The position numbers and the translations under genes are program-made. From an uncultured candidatus Porisulfidus sp. (GTDB taxonomy: Bacteria; Pseudomonadota; Gammaproteobacteria; Poriferisulfidales; Poriferisulfidaceae), in assembly GCA_965199755.1 (NCBI GenBank), contig CBDASZ010000001.1, positions 192,001 through 256,000 of the forward strand: 64,000 nt of DNA, read 5' to 3'. The notes beneath the pieces are model-generated. The model saw only the letters and a list, made by a program, of their open reading frames with translations, made no database searches and was not told the origin of the DNA. Shown here piece after piece: positions 1 through 9,564 of this stretch (the stretch's first letter is position 1; every line of letters begins with the position of its first letter).

Positions 1-10
1 GGGAGAAATA

Positions 11-29
11 GAGAATAATAATCATTCTC
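11..29. promoter_or_regulatory. Fur box upstream of the Fe(III) ABC transporter
   Basis: GAGAATAATAATCATTCTC matches the 19-bp consensus GATAATGATAATCATTATC at 16/19, has GAGAAT/ATTCTC dyad arms and lies 26 bp before the fbpA start. Confidence 0.8.
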
Positions 30-55
30 ATATTCATTGTTTAGGGAAACAATTA

Positions 56-1054
56 ATGAAGCACTGCGTGCGCAGCGTTGCGGCACTGGCGCTTTTGGGC
101 GCCACGCTGACGATATCAGCGGACCCGGTCACACTCACGATCTACTCTTCGCGGCAAGAGCATTTGATTCAGCCGGTGCTGGATATGTACACCGAGAAGA
201 TGGGGGTTCAGTTCCGCCTGCATACCGGCAAGCCCGGGCCGCTGATCGAGCGGCTGTCTGCGTCGGAGGGAGAAGGAGATATTCTTCTGACGGTGGATGC
301 CGGGAATTTGTGGCATGCGACGCAACGCGGCTTGCTGCAGCCGCTGGACTCTCCGGTCTTGCAGGAATTGATCCCTCAAGCGCTTCGGGACTCGGAGAAC
401 CACTGGTTCGGGTTCTCGAAGCGGGTGCGCACCATTGCGTATAACACGCGAATCGTCTCGCCCGAACAACTGTCCACCTATGAAGCGCTGGCTGAAGAAG
501 AATGGAAAGGCCACCTGTGTCTGCGCACTTCGCAAAAAGTCTACAACCAGTCCCTGACGGCGATGATGATCGCCCATCATGGTGAGGAGAAAACCGAGCA
601 AATCACTTCCGGCTGGGTGGCGAATCTGGCCATGGAGCCTCTCTCCAACGACACCAAGGCCCTGCGCGCGGTCGCCGGCGGACAGTGTGGGGCGACGCTG
701 ATCAACACGTATTATTTCGGCCGCCTCATACGCGAGGAGCCGGATTTGAACTTGGCGTTGTTCTGGCCCAATCAGGAAGATCGCGGCGTGCATGTCAATA
801 TCTCCGGCGGCGGCATGCTGCGCAGCACCCAACAGCCTGAGGCGACGCAGGCATTTCTGGAGTGGCTGGCGCAAGACGAAGCGCAACGCCTGTTCGCGGA
901 ATTAAATCAGGAATTTCCGGCCAATCCCACCGTGCCGGCATCAGCGGAAGTCCAAGCCTGGGGTGCATTCAAGGAGGATCAGATCAACCTCGGTGAAGCC
1001 GGACGCTTGCAGGCTGTCGCGATTGAGTTGATGGACCGGGTCGATTGGCGATGA
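56..1054 (+). CDS. fbpA: Fe(III) ABC transporter periplasmic binding protein (FbpA/FutA family)
   Basis: Signal peptide; IYSSR, TVDAG, YNQSL, NTYY (iron-ligand tyrosines) and GVHVNISG motifs. Confidence 0.9.
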   Translation: MKHCVRSVAALALLGATLTISADPVTLTIYSSRQEHLIQPVLDMYTEKMGVQFRLHTGKPGPLIERLSASEGEGDILLTVDAGNLWHATQRGLLQPLDSPVLQELIPQALRDSENHWFGFSKRVRTIAYNTRIVSPEQLSTYEALAEEEWKGHLCLRTSQKVYNQSLTAMMIAHHGEEKTEQITSGWVANLAMEPLSNDTKALRAVAGGQCGATLINTYYFGRLIREEPDLNLALFWPNQEDRGVHVNISGGGMLRSTQQPEATQAFLEWLAQDEAQRLFAELNQEFPANPTVPASAEVQAWGAFKEDQINLGEAGRLQAVAIELMDRVDWR

Positions 1055-1070
1055 ACCGGATTCACTAGAA

Positions 1071-2672
1071 GTGCCGGTTTTTTTCTGGCGCTGGGGAAGC
1101 GGAGCGCTTGCAGCCGGCATCCTGATTCCCTTGTTGATTATTTTCGGTGCCTGGCTACAGCCGGCGACCGAGATCTGGGCGCACCTGGCGGAGACGGTGC
1201 TTCCACGCCTGATTGGCAACACACTCATTCTGATGGCTGGCGTGGCCGTGGGCACCACAGTATTGGGGGTGGGTTTGGCTTGGCTGGTGTCGGCTTACCG
1301 GTTTCCGGGCAGCCGCATTTTCGACTGGGCACTGATGCTGCCGTTAGCCGTGCCGGCCTATGTGATGGCTTTCGTATTTTTGGGGTTGATGGATTTTCAG
1401 GGGCCGGCGCAAGAGGTAATACGGACGATATTCGGCCTGCCGAGCTCGTGGTTTCTGGAAGTGCGCAATCCGATAGGAGTGCTGGTTGTGATGACGCTGG
1501 TGCTGTACCCGTATGTCTATATGCTGTCGCGCGCGACGTTTCTGAAGCAGGGCATGGCACCGCTGGAAGCGGCGCGCACGATGGGCATGACTTCATGGGA
1601 AAGTTTCCGCCACGTGGCGCTGCCGATGGCGCGCCCGGCCATCATTGCCGGTGTCAGTCTGGCGATTATGGAGGCGCTGGCGGATTTCGGTGCGGTCGCA
1701 GTGTTCAATTTCGACACCTTCACTACCGCAATTTACAAGGCATGGTTTGGGTTCTATGACTTGCGCGCGGCAAGCCAGCTGGCCTCGATGCTGCTGGCCT
1801 TTGCTTTTGCACTGCTTCTTTTGGAGCGATACAGCCGTGCCCGGGCCCGCTACACAATGCAAGGCCGCCCGGTCGGCCAACAGCCGCCGCAATTGCGCGG
1901 AGTGCACGCGGCGCTGGCGTGCGGGTTTTGCTCTCTGGTACTGCTGCTGGCGTTTCTCGTGCCCATGCTGCAGTTGCTGATCTGGGCATGGACCAACCTC
2001 CAGAATCTCGATCAAGAGTATCTGGCATTGGTTGGGCACACCTTGTTGCTGGGCGCAATCGCCGCGGCTGTGACTACGGTGGGCGCTTTCGTGATTGCGT
2101 ACGCTCAGCGTCAGGCTCCGAATCGCATGATGCGCGTGAACGCCCGCATTAGCACCTTGGGCTATGCCGTGCCGGGCTCGGTGCTGGCGGTCGCGGTCAT
2201 GTTATCCTTGAGTTGGATCGATCGCCAGATTGCGATGGTCTGGGAACAGTTCACCGGCGTATCGCTGAATGCCGTGCTGGTCGGGAGCGTTCTTAGTCTG
2301 GTTTTGGCATACTACGCGCGCTTTCTTGCCTTGGCGTTCAACCCGATTGAGGCCGGTCTGGAGCAGATCAAGCCCCACCTTCGCGAGGCGGCGCAATCAC
2401 TTGGATTGCGAGGAATTGAAATCGTGCGCCAGTTGTACCTTCCGATGTTGCGCCCCGGGTTGCTGACGGCGGCGCTGCTGGTGATGGTGGACGTGATGAA
2501 GGAGATGCCAGCGACCTTACTGTTGCGGCCTTATGGCTGGGACACGCTCGCCATACGGATTCACGGGTTGTCTTCAGAAGGCTTGTGGGAGCGAGCGGCC
2601 CTGCCGGCGGTGACGCTGGTGCTGATAGGCTTAATCCCGGTATTTTTGCTGTCGGCGCGAAGTCGCCGCTAG
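1071..2672 (+). CDS. fbpB: Fe(III) ABC transporter permease (two fused TM domains)
   Basis: Two EAA loops (LEAARTMG, REAAQSLG), EALADFG and KEMPATL motifs; follows fbpA. Confidence 0.9.
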   Translation: MPVFFWRWGSGALAAGILIPLLIIFGAWLQPATEIWAHLAETVLPRLIGNTLILMAGVAVGTTVLGVGLAWLVSAYRFPGSRIFDWALMLPLAVPAYVMAFVFLGLMDFQGPAQEVIRTIFGLPSSWFLEVRNPIGVLVVMTLVLYPYVYMLSRATFLKQGMAPLEAARTMGMTSWESFRHVALPMARPAIIAGVSLAIMEALADFGAVAVFNFDTFTTAIYKAWFGFYDLRAASQLASMLLAFAFALLLLERYSRARARYTMQGRPVGQQPPQLRGVHAALACGFCSLVLLLAFLVPMLQLLIWAWTNLQNLDQEYLALVGHTLLLGAIAAAVTTVGAFVIAYAQRQAPNRMMRVNARISTLGYAVPGSVLAVAVMLSLSWIDRQIAMVWEQFTGVSLNAVLVGSVLSLVLAYYARFLALAFNPIEAGLEQIKPHLREAAQSLGLRGIEIVRQLYLPMLRPGLLTAALLVMVDVMKEMPATLLLRPYGWDTLAIRIHGLSSEGLWERAALPAVTLVLIGLIPVFLLSARSRR

Positions 2673-2680
2673 GAGCAATC

Positions 2681-3751
2681 ATGGCGCACCTGGAAATGGA
2701 TCAGGTTTATTGCGCTCCGGGCGAGTATCCGGTGCTGCGCGGGTTTTCTCTGGAAATTAATCGCGGGGAGATTGTCGCTTTGCTGGGGCCTTCGGGTTGC
2801 GGCAAAACCACGGTGCTGCGCACCATTGCCGGTTTTGAGACGGTGCATCGGGGGGAGGTTCGCATTGCTGAACAGGTGGTGGCACGCCCGGGTTTCAGCA
2901 TGCCGACCGAGCGGCGCGCTGTCGGTGTAGTGTTTCAGGATTTCGCGCTGTTCCCGCACTTGACCGTGGCAGAGAATGTCGCCTTGGGCTTGCGCGGCAA
3001 GCCTGGTGCAGAGCAGCGTCAGCGTGTGCGTGAGATGCTGAAGAAAACCTATTTGGTCTCCGATCAGGATCACAGACTGGAAGGGCGTTATCCGCATGAA
3101 CTTTCAGGCGGCCAGCAAGCCCGAGTCGCGCTGGCGCGCGCCTTGGCGCCGCAGCCGAGCCTGCTTCTTTTGGATGAGCCGTTTGCCGATCTGGATGAGA
3201 ATTTGCGTGAGCGTCTGGCTGGGGATGTGCGTGACATTCTGCGAGAAATGGGCACCACAGCGTTGCTGGTGACACACCATCACGAGGAGGCGTTCGCACT
3301 CGGCGGTAGGGTTGGCATGATGCGCGAAGGTGCGATTTTGCAACTGGATACGCCCTTTAACCTCTACCATGAGCCCACCTCTCGTGAGGTGGCGACCTTT
3401 TTGGATCGCGGGCTGTTTTTGCCGGCCGAGCTGCGCTCGGCGCATGATTTTGAGACAGAACTTGGGCAGGTGCACAGCAAGAAACCGTACCCACAGTCAC
3501 CCGGCACGCGCATGGAGATGCTGCTGCACCGCAGTGATGTCTTGCCGGATCCGCAGGGCCCACTGGTCGGCGTGGTGGTGGAAAAGACCTTTCAGGGGGA
3601 TTCCACTTTATACAGCGTGCGTATGGAGTCCGGGTTTTGCGTGCAGGTGGTTACGTCCAGCCATACGGATCTGGAGTGTGGCGAGACCTTACGTATGCGT
3701 CTTGATCTGGAGCACGTCGTCGCCTTCCCTGTCTCTGAGCCGGAGGTGTGA
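2681..3751 (+). CDS. fbpC: Fe(III) ABC transporter ATP-binding protein
   Basis: Walker A GPSGCGKT, LSGGQ signature, LLLLDEPF; ATG at 2681 preceded by AGGAG. Confidence 0.88.
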   Translation: MAHLEMDQVYCAPGEYPVLRGFSLEINRGEIVALLGPSGCGKTTVLRTIAGFETVHRGEVRIAEQVVARPGFSMPTERRAVGVVFQDFALFPHLTVAENVALGLRGKPGAEQRQRVREMLKKTYLVSDQDHRLEGRYPHELSGGQQARVALARALAPQPSLLLLDEPFADLDENLRERLAGDVRDILREMGTTALLVTHHHEEAFALGGRVGMMREGAILQLDTPFNLYHEPTSREVATFLDRGLFLPAELRSAHDFETELGQVHSKKPYPQSPGTRMEMLLHRSDVLPDPQGPLVGVVVEKTFQGDSTLYSVRMESGFCVQVVTSSHTDLECGETLRMRLDLEHVVAFPVSEPEV

Positions 3752-3764
3752 CTGCGCTGGGGTT

Positions 3765-4277
3765 TCAGTGGTGCGTTTGTTCGTGTGCGAGCAGGCGGCG
3801 CTTGATTTCCAGCATGTGCGCTGACGCTGAAGGAGCCAGCGGTCCGCCATAGCCGCCCAGACTTCCATCTTTGCGAATCACGCGATGGCAAGGCACCACC
3901 ACACAAAGAGGATTGCGGCCATTGGCAGAGCCGACCGAACGAGGACTGCCGCCGGCACGGTGGGCGAGTTCACTGTATGAGCAGGTCTCGCCATAAGGGA
4001 TATCCAGCAAGGTGCGCCAGACTGTGAGACGCTGTGTGCCGTCGACAGGCGCGTCCTGCGCAAAAGGCGCGAGCGGCAAATCAAAATGTTTCCGCTTACC
4101 GGAGAAGTATTCCTGCAGTTGCGCGGCTGCAGTGTGCGTGAGATCGGTGGGTTGATCATGCAAGGCATCATCGCCCAGCACAAAATATACCGCTTCCAGT
4201 CCTTGCGGGCTGGCTAGCAACTGGATACGCGCGCCGAGCGGCGTATCGAAACTGTGTCGGGCTGTGATGTCGCCCAT
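3765..4277 (-). CDS. ogt: Methylated-DNA--protein-cysteine S-methyltransferase
   Basis: IPYGET.SY, RSVGSANGRNP and active-site PCHRV. Confidence 0.92.
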   Translation of the reverse strand: MGDITARHSFDTPLGARIQLLASPQGLEAVYFVLGDDALHDQPTDLTHTAAAQLQEYFSGKRKHFDLPLAPFAQDAPVDGTQRLTVWRTLLDIPYGETCSYSELAHRAGGSPRSVGSANGRNPLCVVVPCHRVIRKDGSLGGYGGPLAPSASAHMLEIKRRLLAHEQTHH

Positions 4278-4286
4278 GGCCGAGGG

Positions 4287-4643
4287 TCAGCGCTTGAGTT
4301 TTTCCTTAATGCGCGCGGCCTTGCCGGTGCGGGAGCGCAGATAGTACAACTTGGCGCGGCGTACTTTGCCCCGCCGTTTCACCGTGATTGAATCAATCAG
4401 CGGGCTGTGCGTCTGAAACACTCGCTCGACGCCTTCGCCGTGTGAGATCTTGCGTACTGTGAACGAAGAGTTCAGTCCGCGGTTTCGCTGTGCGATCACC
4501 ACGCCTTCGAAAGTCTGTAAGCGCTCGCGCTCGCCCTCGCGAACTTTTACCGCCACCGCCACCGTGTCGCCGGACGAAAACTCCACGTCCGCCAGATCCG
4601 GGCGCATCTGCGCCGCTTCCAGTTGTTCAATTATTGCGCTCAC
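4287..4643 (-). CDS. rplS: 50S ribosomal protein L19
   Basis: [36 protein letters not shown]; GTG start at 4643 chosen to fit L19 length. Confidence 0.95.
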   Translation of the reverse strand: MSAIIEQLEAAQMRPDLADVEFSSGDTVAVAVKVREGERERLQTFEGVVIAQRNRGLNSSFTVRKISHGEGVERVFQTHSPLIDSITVKRRGKVRRAKLYYLRSRTGKAARIKEKLKR

Positions 4644-5388
4644 GATCTGATTCCTTTGCTTTGGTGTTGCGGTATTCGTCGAGAATCGCCTGATCCTCTG
4701 CTGATAGCGAGGCTTTTTCAAGCAAGTCAGGACGGCGCAGCCAGGTTCGGATCAATGCCTTCCGGCGTCGCCAGCGGCCTATTTTGCCATGATTTCCAGA
4801 TAAAAGCACGTCCGGGGTTTTCATGCCGTCGATCTCTTCCGGTCGCGTGTAGTGGGGGCAGTCCAGAAGACTATCGTCAAAGGAGTCCTGCTCGGCGGAT
4901 TCCGCGCAGCCCAGAACGCCCGGCAGCAATCGGGCAATAGCGTCAATGACGACGGCGGCTGCCAGTTCGCCGCCGCTGATCACGTAATCTCCGAGTGACC
5001 ATTCAGTATCCGCATGACGTTGCAGAAAACGCTCATCAATACCCTCGTAACGCCCAGCCACCAGAATCAGCGCCTCTTCATTAGCCGCTTCCCGGGCGAG
5101 GGTTTGTGTGAATGGAACGCCTTGCGGGCTCAGCACGATGGTGCGCGCTTCAAGCGCGCTTTCGCACGCGGCGGCATGCGCCCGGGCCAAGGGTTCGTAA
5201 CACATGACCATGCCAGGGCCGCCACCGTAGGGGCGATCGTCAACAGTGCGGTGCACGTCGGTGGCGAAATCACGCGGGTTGACGCATTGCAAATCCAGAA
5301 GACCGCTCTCCCGAGCGCGGCCAATCACACCTTGGCTGGTTGCCGATTCCAGAATGTCCGCCAGCAGGCACAAAGTGACGATGCGCAT
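4627..5388 (-). CDS. trmD: tRNA (guanine37-N1)-methyltransferase
   Basis: [45 protein letters not shown]. Confidence 0.96.
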   Translation of the reverse strand: MRIVTLCLLADILESATSQGVIGRARESGLLDLQCVNPRDFATDVHRTVDDRPYGGGPGMVMCYEPLARAHAAACESALEARTIVLSPQGVPFTQTLAREAANEEALILVAGRYEGIDERFLQRHADTEWSLGDYVISGGELAAAVVIDAIARLLPGVLGCAESAEQDSFDDSLLDCPHYTRPEEIDGMKTPDVLLSGNHGKIGRWRRRKALIRTWLRRPDLLEKASLSAEDQAILDEYRNTKAKESDRERNN

Positions 5389-5391
5389 CGC

Positions 5392-5925
5392 TTACTCCAG
5401 CACACCGTCCCAGCGCACCTCAATGCGCCCGGACTCAAGAGAGACACTGCGCACGGTGTCGTCAGGAAGATAAGGAATCAGATACTCAGCATAGCCGCGC
5501 ACCAGCAGAACGTCATGGGCGGGGGACTCCAGAATTTCGGAGACTTCTCCGAGTACAGCGCCGTGCTGGTCCACCGCCTGCAATCCGAGCAGTTGATGGT
5601 GATAGTACTCGCCCGGCGGCAGTGCAGGAAATTGCGCCGGGTCAATGAGAATGTCGCGCCCGCACAGGGCCAGCGCCTGGTCCCGATCATCAATGCCGCG
5701 CAGTTTCGCAATCAGGGCTTTCTGATGGGGGCGCGCTTCTTCAAGTTCGTAGTCTTGCTCGTCCTCACCGTCACTCACTCGCCATGGTTGGTACTGGATC
5801 AGATTCTGTTGCGGGCGGGTGTAAGAGAACACGCGGACCCAGCCGCGCACACCGTAAGCGCTCCCGATGCGGCCGCATGGAGCGAAGCGGGGGACAGTGG
5901 GTGAGGGAGGTGTGGAGGAGGCCAG
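5392..5925 (-). CDS. rimM: Ribosome maturation factor RimM (start uncertain, possibly CTG at 5925)
   Basis: The N-terminal motif GRIGSAYGVRGWVRV begins upstream of the ORF-track start (5850); EYYHHQLLGL and LIPY PRC barrel; lies between rpsP and trmD. Confidence 0.88.
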   Translation of the reverse strand: MASSTPPSPTVPRFAPCGRIGSAYGVRGWVRVFSYTRPQQNLIQYQPWRVSDGEDEQDYELEEARPHQKALIAKLRGIDDRDQALALCGRDILIDPAQFPALPPGEYYHHQLLGLQAVDQHGAVLGEVSEILESPAHDVLLVRGYAEYLIPYLPDDTVRSVSLESGRIEVRWDGVLE

Positions 5926-5940
5926 AATGCTGGCGGAGGC

Positions 5941-6195
5941 TCAAGCCGCTTGCGCTGCCGCGTGCTGACGAATCAGTTTAGAGGCGCGCTCGGACATTTT
6001 GGCACCGACTTCAAGCCAGTGCGTCACGCGCTCCTGATCCACGCGCAAAGATTCTTCCCCGCCTCTGGCGGAAGGGTTGAAAAATCCAAGGCGCTCGATG
6101 TAGCCGCTGTCACGCGGACGGCGTGAGTCAGTGACTACCAGATGGTAGAACGGACGCTTTTTGGCCCCCGCGCGCGAAAGACGAATAACGACCAA
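5941..6195 (-). CDS. rpsP: 30S ribosomal protein S16
   Basis: [36 protein letters not shown]; TTG start with GCAGGAG SD. Confidence 0.97.
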   Translation of the reverse strand: MVVIRLSRAGAKKRPFYHLVVTDSRRPRDSGYIERLGFFNPSARGGEESLRVDQERVTHWLEVGAKMSERASKLIRQHAAAQAA

Positions 6196-6238
6196 TTCAG
6201 GCTCCTGCTTGAGTCATGTCACGTAATGTGAGGGGGTG

Positions 6239-6247
6239 ATTTTAGCA
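6239..6247 (-). promoter_or_regulatory. Putative extended -10 promoter element for the rpsP operon
   Basis: TGCTAAAAT (TGn + TAAAAT) on the minus strand ~45 bp upstream of rpsP. Confidence 0.45.
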
Positions 6248-6391
6248 GAAACGGGATAGTGGCAGTTTGCGGCGACCACAACTGTGTGACGATCCCAATG
6301 GCCATCTGTTCCTGCATCAGTAAGTGGGGGTCTTTGTCCGAGGCATACATAGTGCTGTCCAGCAAACAACCAGCAAACAAATTAGGTTCAT

Positions 6392-6888
6392 CTATTCGTC
6401 ACTCGGGCGGGCCCAAAATGGTAGGTATGTCCGACTTCGTGTTCCCACAGAGTGGTCTTCTATAACAATTTTTTCGTCCTCCACAGCCTCTTTCAGCAAA
6501 CGGGAAGCACCTGCAGCATTTTTATCACTGAGACCAAACCTTTTCCGCAGTATCGCATTTGTCATTTTGCTGGAAGTCACGTAACACAGGCAGGCGTGCA
6601 AATAGCATGCGCGGATGCGATCGCTCTTACCCATGTCTTTAAGATCTTTATGCGCGAACAGTACCGAGCGCGTAGATTTATCAGAAGCTTCGAACAACGG
6701 AGCGGGCAACTGAAAAAGTTCTATTCACCATTCAGAGCTGCGGAATTGGAAAGCGCGGAAATATACTCTCCGATTTCTTGTGGACCCGCTTTGTTACGCT
6801 TGAACTTCGCCCATTCCGTTTCGCCGACAGAACGGCACCCCTCCCGAACCAGACCGGTCAGATATTTGGCAGAGTAAGCAGGGCTCAT
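6392..6888 (-). pseudogene. Internally deleted AlbA_2(Schlafen)/HATPase_c_4/wHTH (MloB-like) gene
   Basis: 6888-6721 reads MSPAYSAKYLTGLVREGCRSVGETEWAKFKRN..PQEIGEYISALSNSAALNG (family N-terminus). It abuts, out of frame, IELFQLPAPLFE..DRIRACYLHACL..YLPFWA (family C-terminus); the middle of the gene is missing. Confidence 0.7.
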
Positions 6889-6942
6889 GGTCAATATTGC
6901 CTTGTGGCTCTTGCTCCCTCAGTAAGGCCATCTGCATATAGA

Positions 6943-7019
6943 TGGTGGGCCCGGCAGGATTCGAACCTGCGACCAAAGGATTATGAGTCCCCTGCTCTGA
7001 CCAGCTGAGCTACAGGCCC
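6943..7019 (-). tRNA. ileX: tRNA-Ile2 (CAT anticodon, lysidine type)
   Basis: GGGCCTGTAGCTCAG..GGGGA-CTCATAA-TCCTT..GGTTCGAATCC..GGGCCCACCA, 77 nt with encoded CCA; immediately downstream of rpoD as for E. coli ileX; lacks initiator features. Confidence 0.9.
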
Positions 7020-7027
7020 CAGCAGTA

Positions 7028-8806
7028 TTATTCTACGCCGAGGCAGCTGCGTAGACGCTCGAAGCGCCCGGGCGTGCGCAGTTTCCGCAGGGCTTGCGCC
7101 TCTATCTGGCGGACGCGCTCGCGCGTCACATTCAACTGCTTGCCGATTTCTTCCAGAGTGTGATCGTGGCTCATGCCCACCCCGAAGCGCATGAGCAAGA
7201 CCTTGATCTCATCGGGTTTCAGTTCTTTCAGTGCTTCCTGAACCGCCAGCTTAATTTCATCACGATGCGCTTCACTGTCGGGTTTTTCGGTTATCGAATC
7301 TTCCAGCCGGTCGCCGATGCGCAGATCAGTGTCCTCACCGCGAATGGGCATCTCCGTAGACAACGTGTTGCGCGATGCCTCCATGGCTTGGCGAATCTTG
7401 GCGGGTTCCATGTCCAGTTTCTCGGCCAGTTCTTCCACCGTGGGCTCGCGGCCGTTTTCCTGCATCAACTGTCCAGTGGTGCGGTTGACCTTGTTGATCA
7501 GTTCACGCATGTGTACCGGCACGCGGATGGTTTGGCTCTGATCCGAGATGGCCCGATTGATTGCCTGACGCACCCACCAGGTCGCATAAGTTGAGAATTT
7601 GAATCCGCGGCGGTACTCGAACTTGTCCACCGCCTTCATCAGGCCGATATTGCCTTCTTCAATCAGGTCCAGAAATGGCAGCCCGTGTTTGGTGTGCTTG
7701 CGGGCGATGGAAACCACCAGTCGCAGGTTCGCATTGATCATCTTGTCTTTCGCCACTTTGGCGCGCGCATCGGCCTCGCGCAGATCAACGCCGAGCCGCT
7801 TGATGTTGGTGAGTTCGATTCCCATGGTCTCTTGCATCTGGATCAGCCGGTCTTGAGTACGCGCCACTTGTTGTTGCACCGGGATGAGGGTGGAGCGTTT
7901 CGAGACACGCTTCTTGACCAGCTCGCGGGTCCACTTGGGGTCAGTTCCCTTCGTTGCGAATTCCTTGTCGAAGCGCGCCGCAGGCATGCCTACGCGCAGA
8001 CAGTCGCGACGGAAAGACTTCTCCAGCTTTCGCAGCTCCTTGTCGGATTTTTCCAACACCTCACGCATTTCCAACACGATCGTCGGCGCGAGATTGAAGC
8101 GCAGCAGATATTCAGCCACTTCCCGGCGGCGGCGTTCGTAAGCGTTGGGGCTGCGGCGCACAGAGCTGTGCTGCGCCCGTTTGTGGCGTCCGGCCAGTAC
8201 GCGGAAGCGGCCTTCCACCATGCGGCGAGTCGGCGGCGGCTTCTTCTGGCTTTCCTTGCTGTCCTTGGTGATCTTGCTGTTGTCCGGCTGAATGCGCGGG
8301 TCGCTGTTGACAAAACCGGAGACCAGTTCGTTGATTTTCAGGGTTTGATTGCGAAACTCGTCGTACTTTTCAAAAAGCAAATCAATGATGGCCGGGCATT
8401 GACCCAATGCAAACAGCGCATCCAGACGCGCGCGCTCGAAGTTCTTGGCCAACTGGATCTCCTCATTGCGCTGCAACAGCGGGAAGGAACCCATCGCCCG
8501 CATGTACATGCGCACCGGATCGGAAGTCGGCGCGTCATCATCGGGTTGTTCAGCGAGGGCTGGCGGGGTGTCGCCGTCGAGCAGTACATCGCCGCCGTCT
8601 TCATCCTCTTCCAGAATCTCGAAATGCGCATCGATCATCTGCTCGATGAGATCGGTGATTTCCTCCGCGCTGTAATCGTCCGACAATTCCTTGAAAATGT
8701 CGGAGCGCGTCAGGTGTCCCTGTTTTCGGCCGCGTTCAATCAGGTCGCCGTAGCCGGCCTGTCGCAGGCTTTTCAGATCGAGTTTTTTGTTTGAGGAGTC
8801 TTCCAT
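7028..8806 (-). CDS. rpoD: RNA polymerase sigma-70 factor RpoD (divergent)
   Basis: Region 1.1, DPVRMYMR (1.2), [45 protein letters not shown]. Confidence 0.9.
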   Translation of the reverse strand: MEDSSNKKLDLKSLRQAGYGDLIERGRKQGHLTRSDIFKELSDDYSAEEITDLIEQMIDAHFEILEEDEDGGDVLLDGDTPPALAEQPDDDAPTSDPVRMYMRAMGSFPLLQRNEEIQLAKNFERARLDALFALGQCPAIIDLLFEKYDEFRNQTLKINELVSGFVNSDPRIQPDNSKITKDSKESQKKPPPTRRMVEGRFRVLAGRHKRAQHSSVRRSPNAYERRRREVAEYLLRFNLAPTIVLEMREVLEKSDKELRKLEKSFRRDCLRVGMPAARFDKEFATKGTDPKWTRELVKKRVSKRSTLIPVQQQVARTQDRLIQMQETMGIELTNIKRLGVDLREADARAKVAKDKMINANLRLVVSIARKHTKHGLPFLDLIEEGNIGLMKAVDKFEYRRGFKFSTYATWWVRQAINRAISDQSQTIRVPVHMRELINKVNRTTGQLMQENGREPTVEELAEKLDMEPAKIRQAMEASRNTLSTEMPIRGEDTDLRIGDRLEDSITEKPDSEAHRDEIKLAVQEALKELKPDEIKVLLMRFGVGMSHDHTLEEIGKQLNVTRERVRQIEAQALRKLRTPGRFERLRSCLGVE

Positions 8807-9068
8807 GAAATAAGATTGAATTAAAGTTGTTAATTATAATAATACTGTTCTGCAACCCCAATATCAAGTCTTGGTAAATTTTGGGGAAACCTTAGCAATG
8901 ATGCTGTTTCATCAAGCAGTTATCATGTGAGGTGAGCATAATAATGGGGGGCGGAAGCGTTCATATGCAAGCCCAAAATAACGCATTGGGTGGTGTTTTT
9001 GTGCCGCTTTCTGCCGGATACATAATGAAATCATACGAAAGTGGATACTAAATAGCCAAATAAGTACA

Positions 9069-9500
9069 ATGGGTGGCATGGAAAAGCAATCCAATCGCGC
9101 CGCTAGTGTGAGCGAAGTGACGGCGCTCTTGCGGTCACACCGGATTCGCCCGACCCGCCAACGGGTGCGGATCGGTGCCTCCCTGTTTGCCTGTGACCAG
9201 CATGTTACCGCTGCCGACTTGTGGAGGCAACTGCGTTACAGCGCGGCACCGGTAGCGCGGGCCACGGTGTACAACACACTGGAATTGTTCGCATCCAAGG
9301 GGTTGATTCGTGAACTCGACATGGGAGCGGGCGGACGGATATACGACACCAATCTGGAGCCGCACTACCACATGCACTATCTGGACAGCGGGCGAATCGA
9401 GGATCTGGATCCGGGTCAGGTCACGGTGCATGTTGCCGACCAGGCGCTGGAGCAGGCGCAGTTGGTCGGTGTGGATGTGACGGTGCGGGTCAACGGCTGA
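9069..9500 (+). CDS. Fur-family transcriptional regulator, Irr/PerR-like
   Basis: RPTRQR, QHVTA, ARATVYNTLELFASKGL, YDTNLEPHYH; no CxxC zinc site. Confidence 0.8.
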   Translation: MGGMEKQSNRAASVSEVTALLRSHRIRPTRQRVRIGASLFACDQHVTAADLWRQLRYSAAPVARATVYNTLELFASKGLIRELDMGAGGRIYDTNLEPHYHMHYLDSGRIEDLDPGQVTVHVADQALEQAQLVGVDVTVRVNG

Positions 9501-9564
9501 GCCCGTGTGGTGCTCCGACACAGCCGGGGCGTGTTGTCGGTTTTTACATCAATTGATTTCCTCA

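Noticed and set aside
3260-3295. THHHEEA in the FbpC H-loop as a metal-sensing site
   Set aside because: Only a two-residue variation of THDQEEA; no other support
6300-6934. GGCCATCTG at 6300-6308 and 6926-6934 as att or TSD repeats around the MloB-like relic
   Set aside because: Only 9 bp, not part of the tRNA 3' end, no integrase or terminal repeats; compatible with chance
6943-7019. Calling the CAT tRNA Met or fMet
   Set aside because: Paired G1-C72, no run of three G-C pairs closing the anticodon stem, ileX-like sequence and the post-rpoD position favour Ile2
9018-9040. Fur-box-like CATAATGAAATCATA upstream of the Irr-like gene
   Set aside because: Needs a gap and several mismatches, and lies in AT-rich sequence
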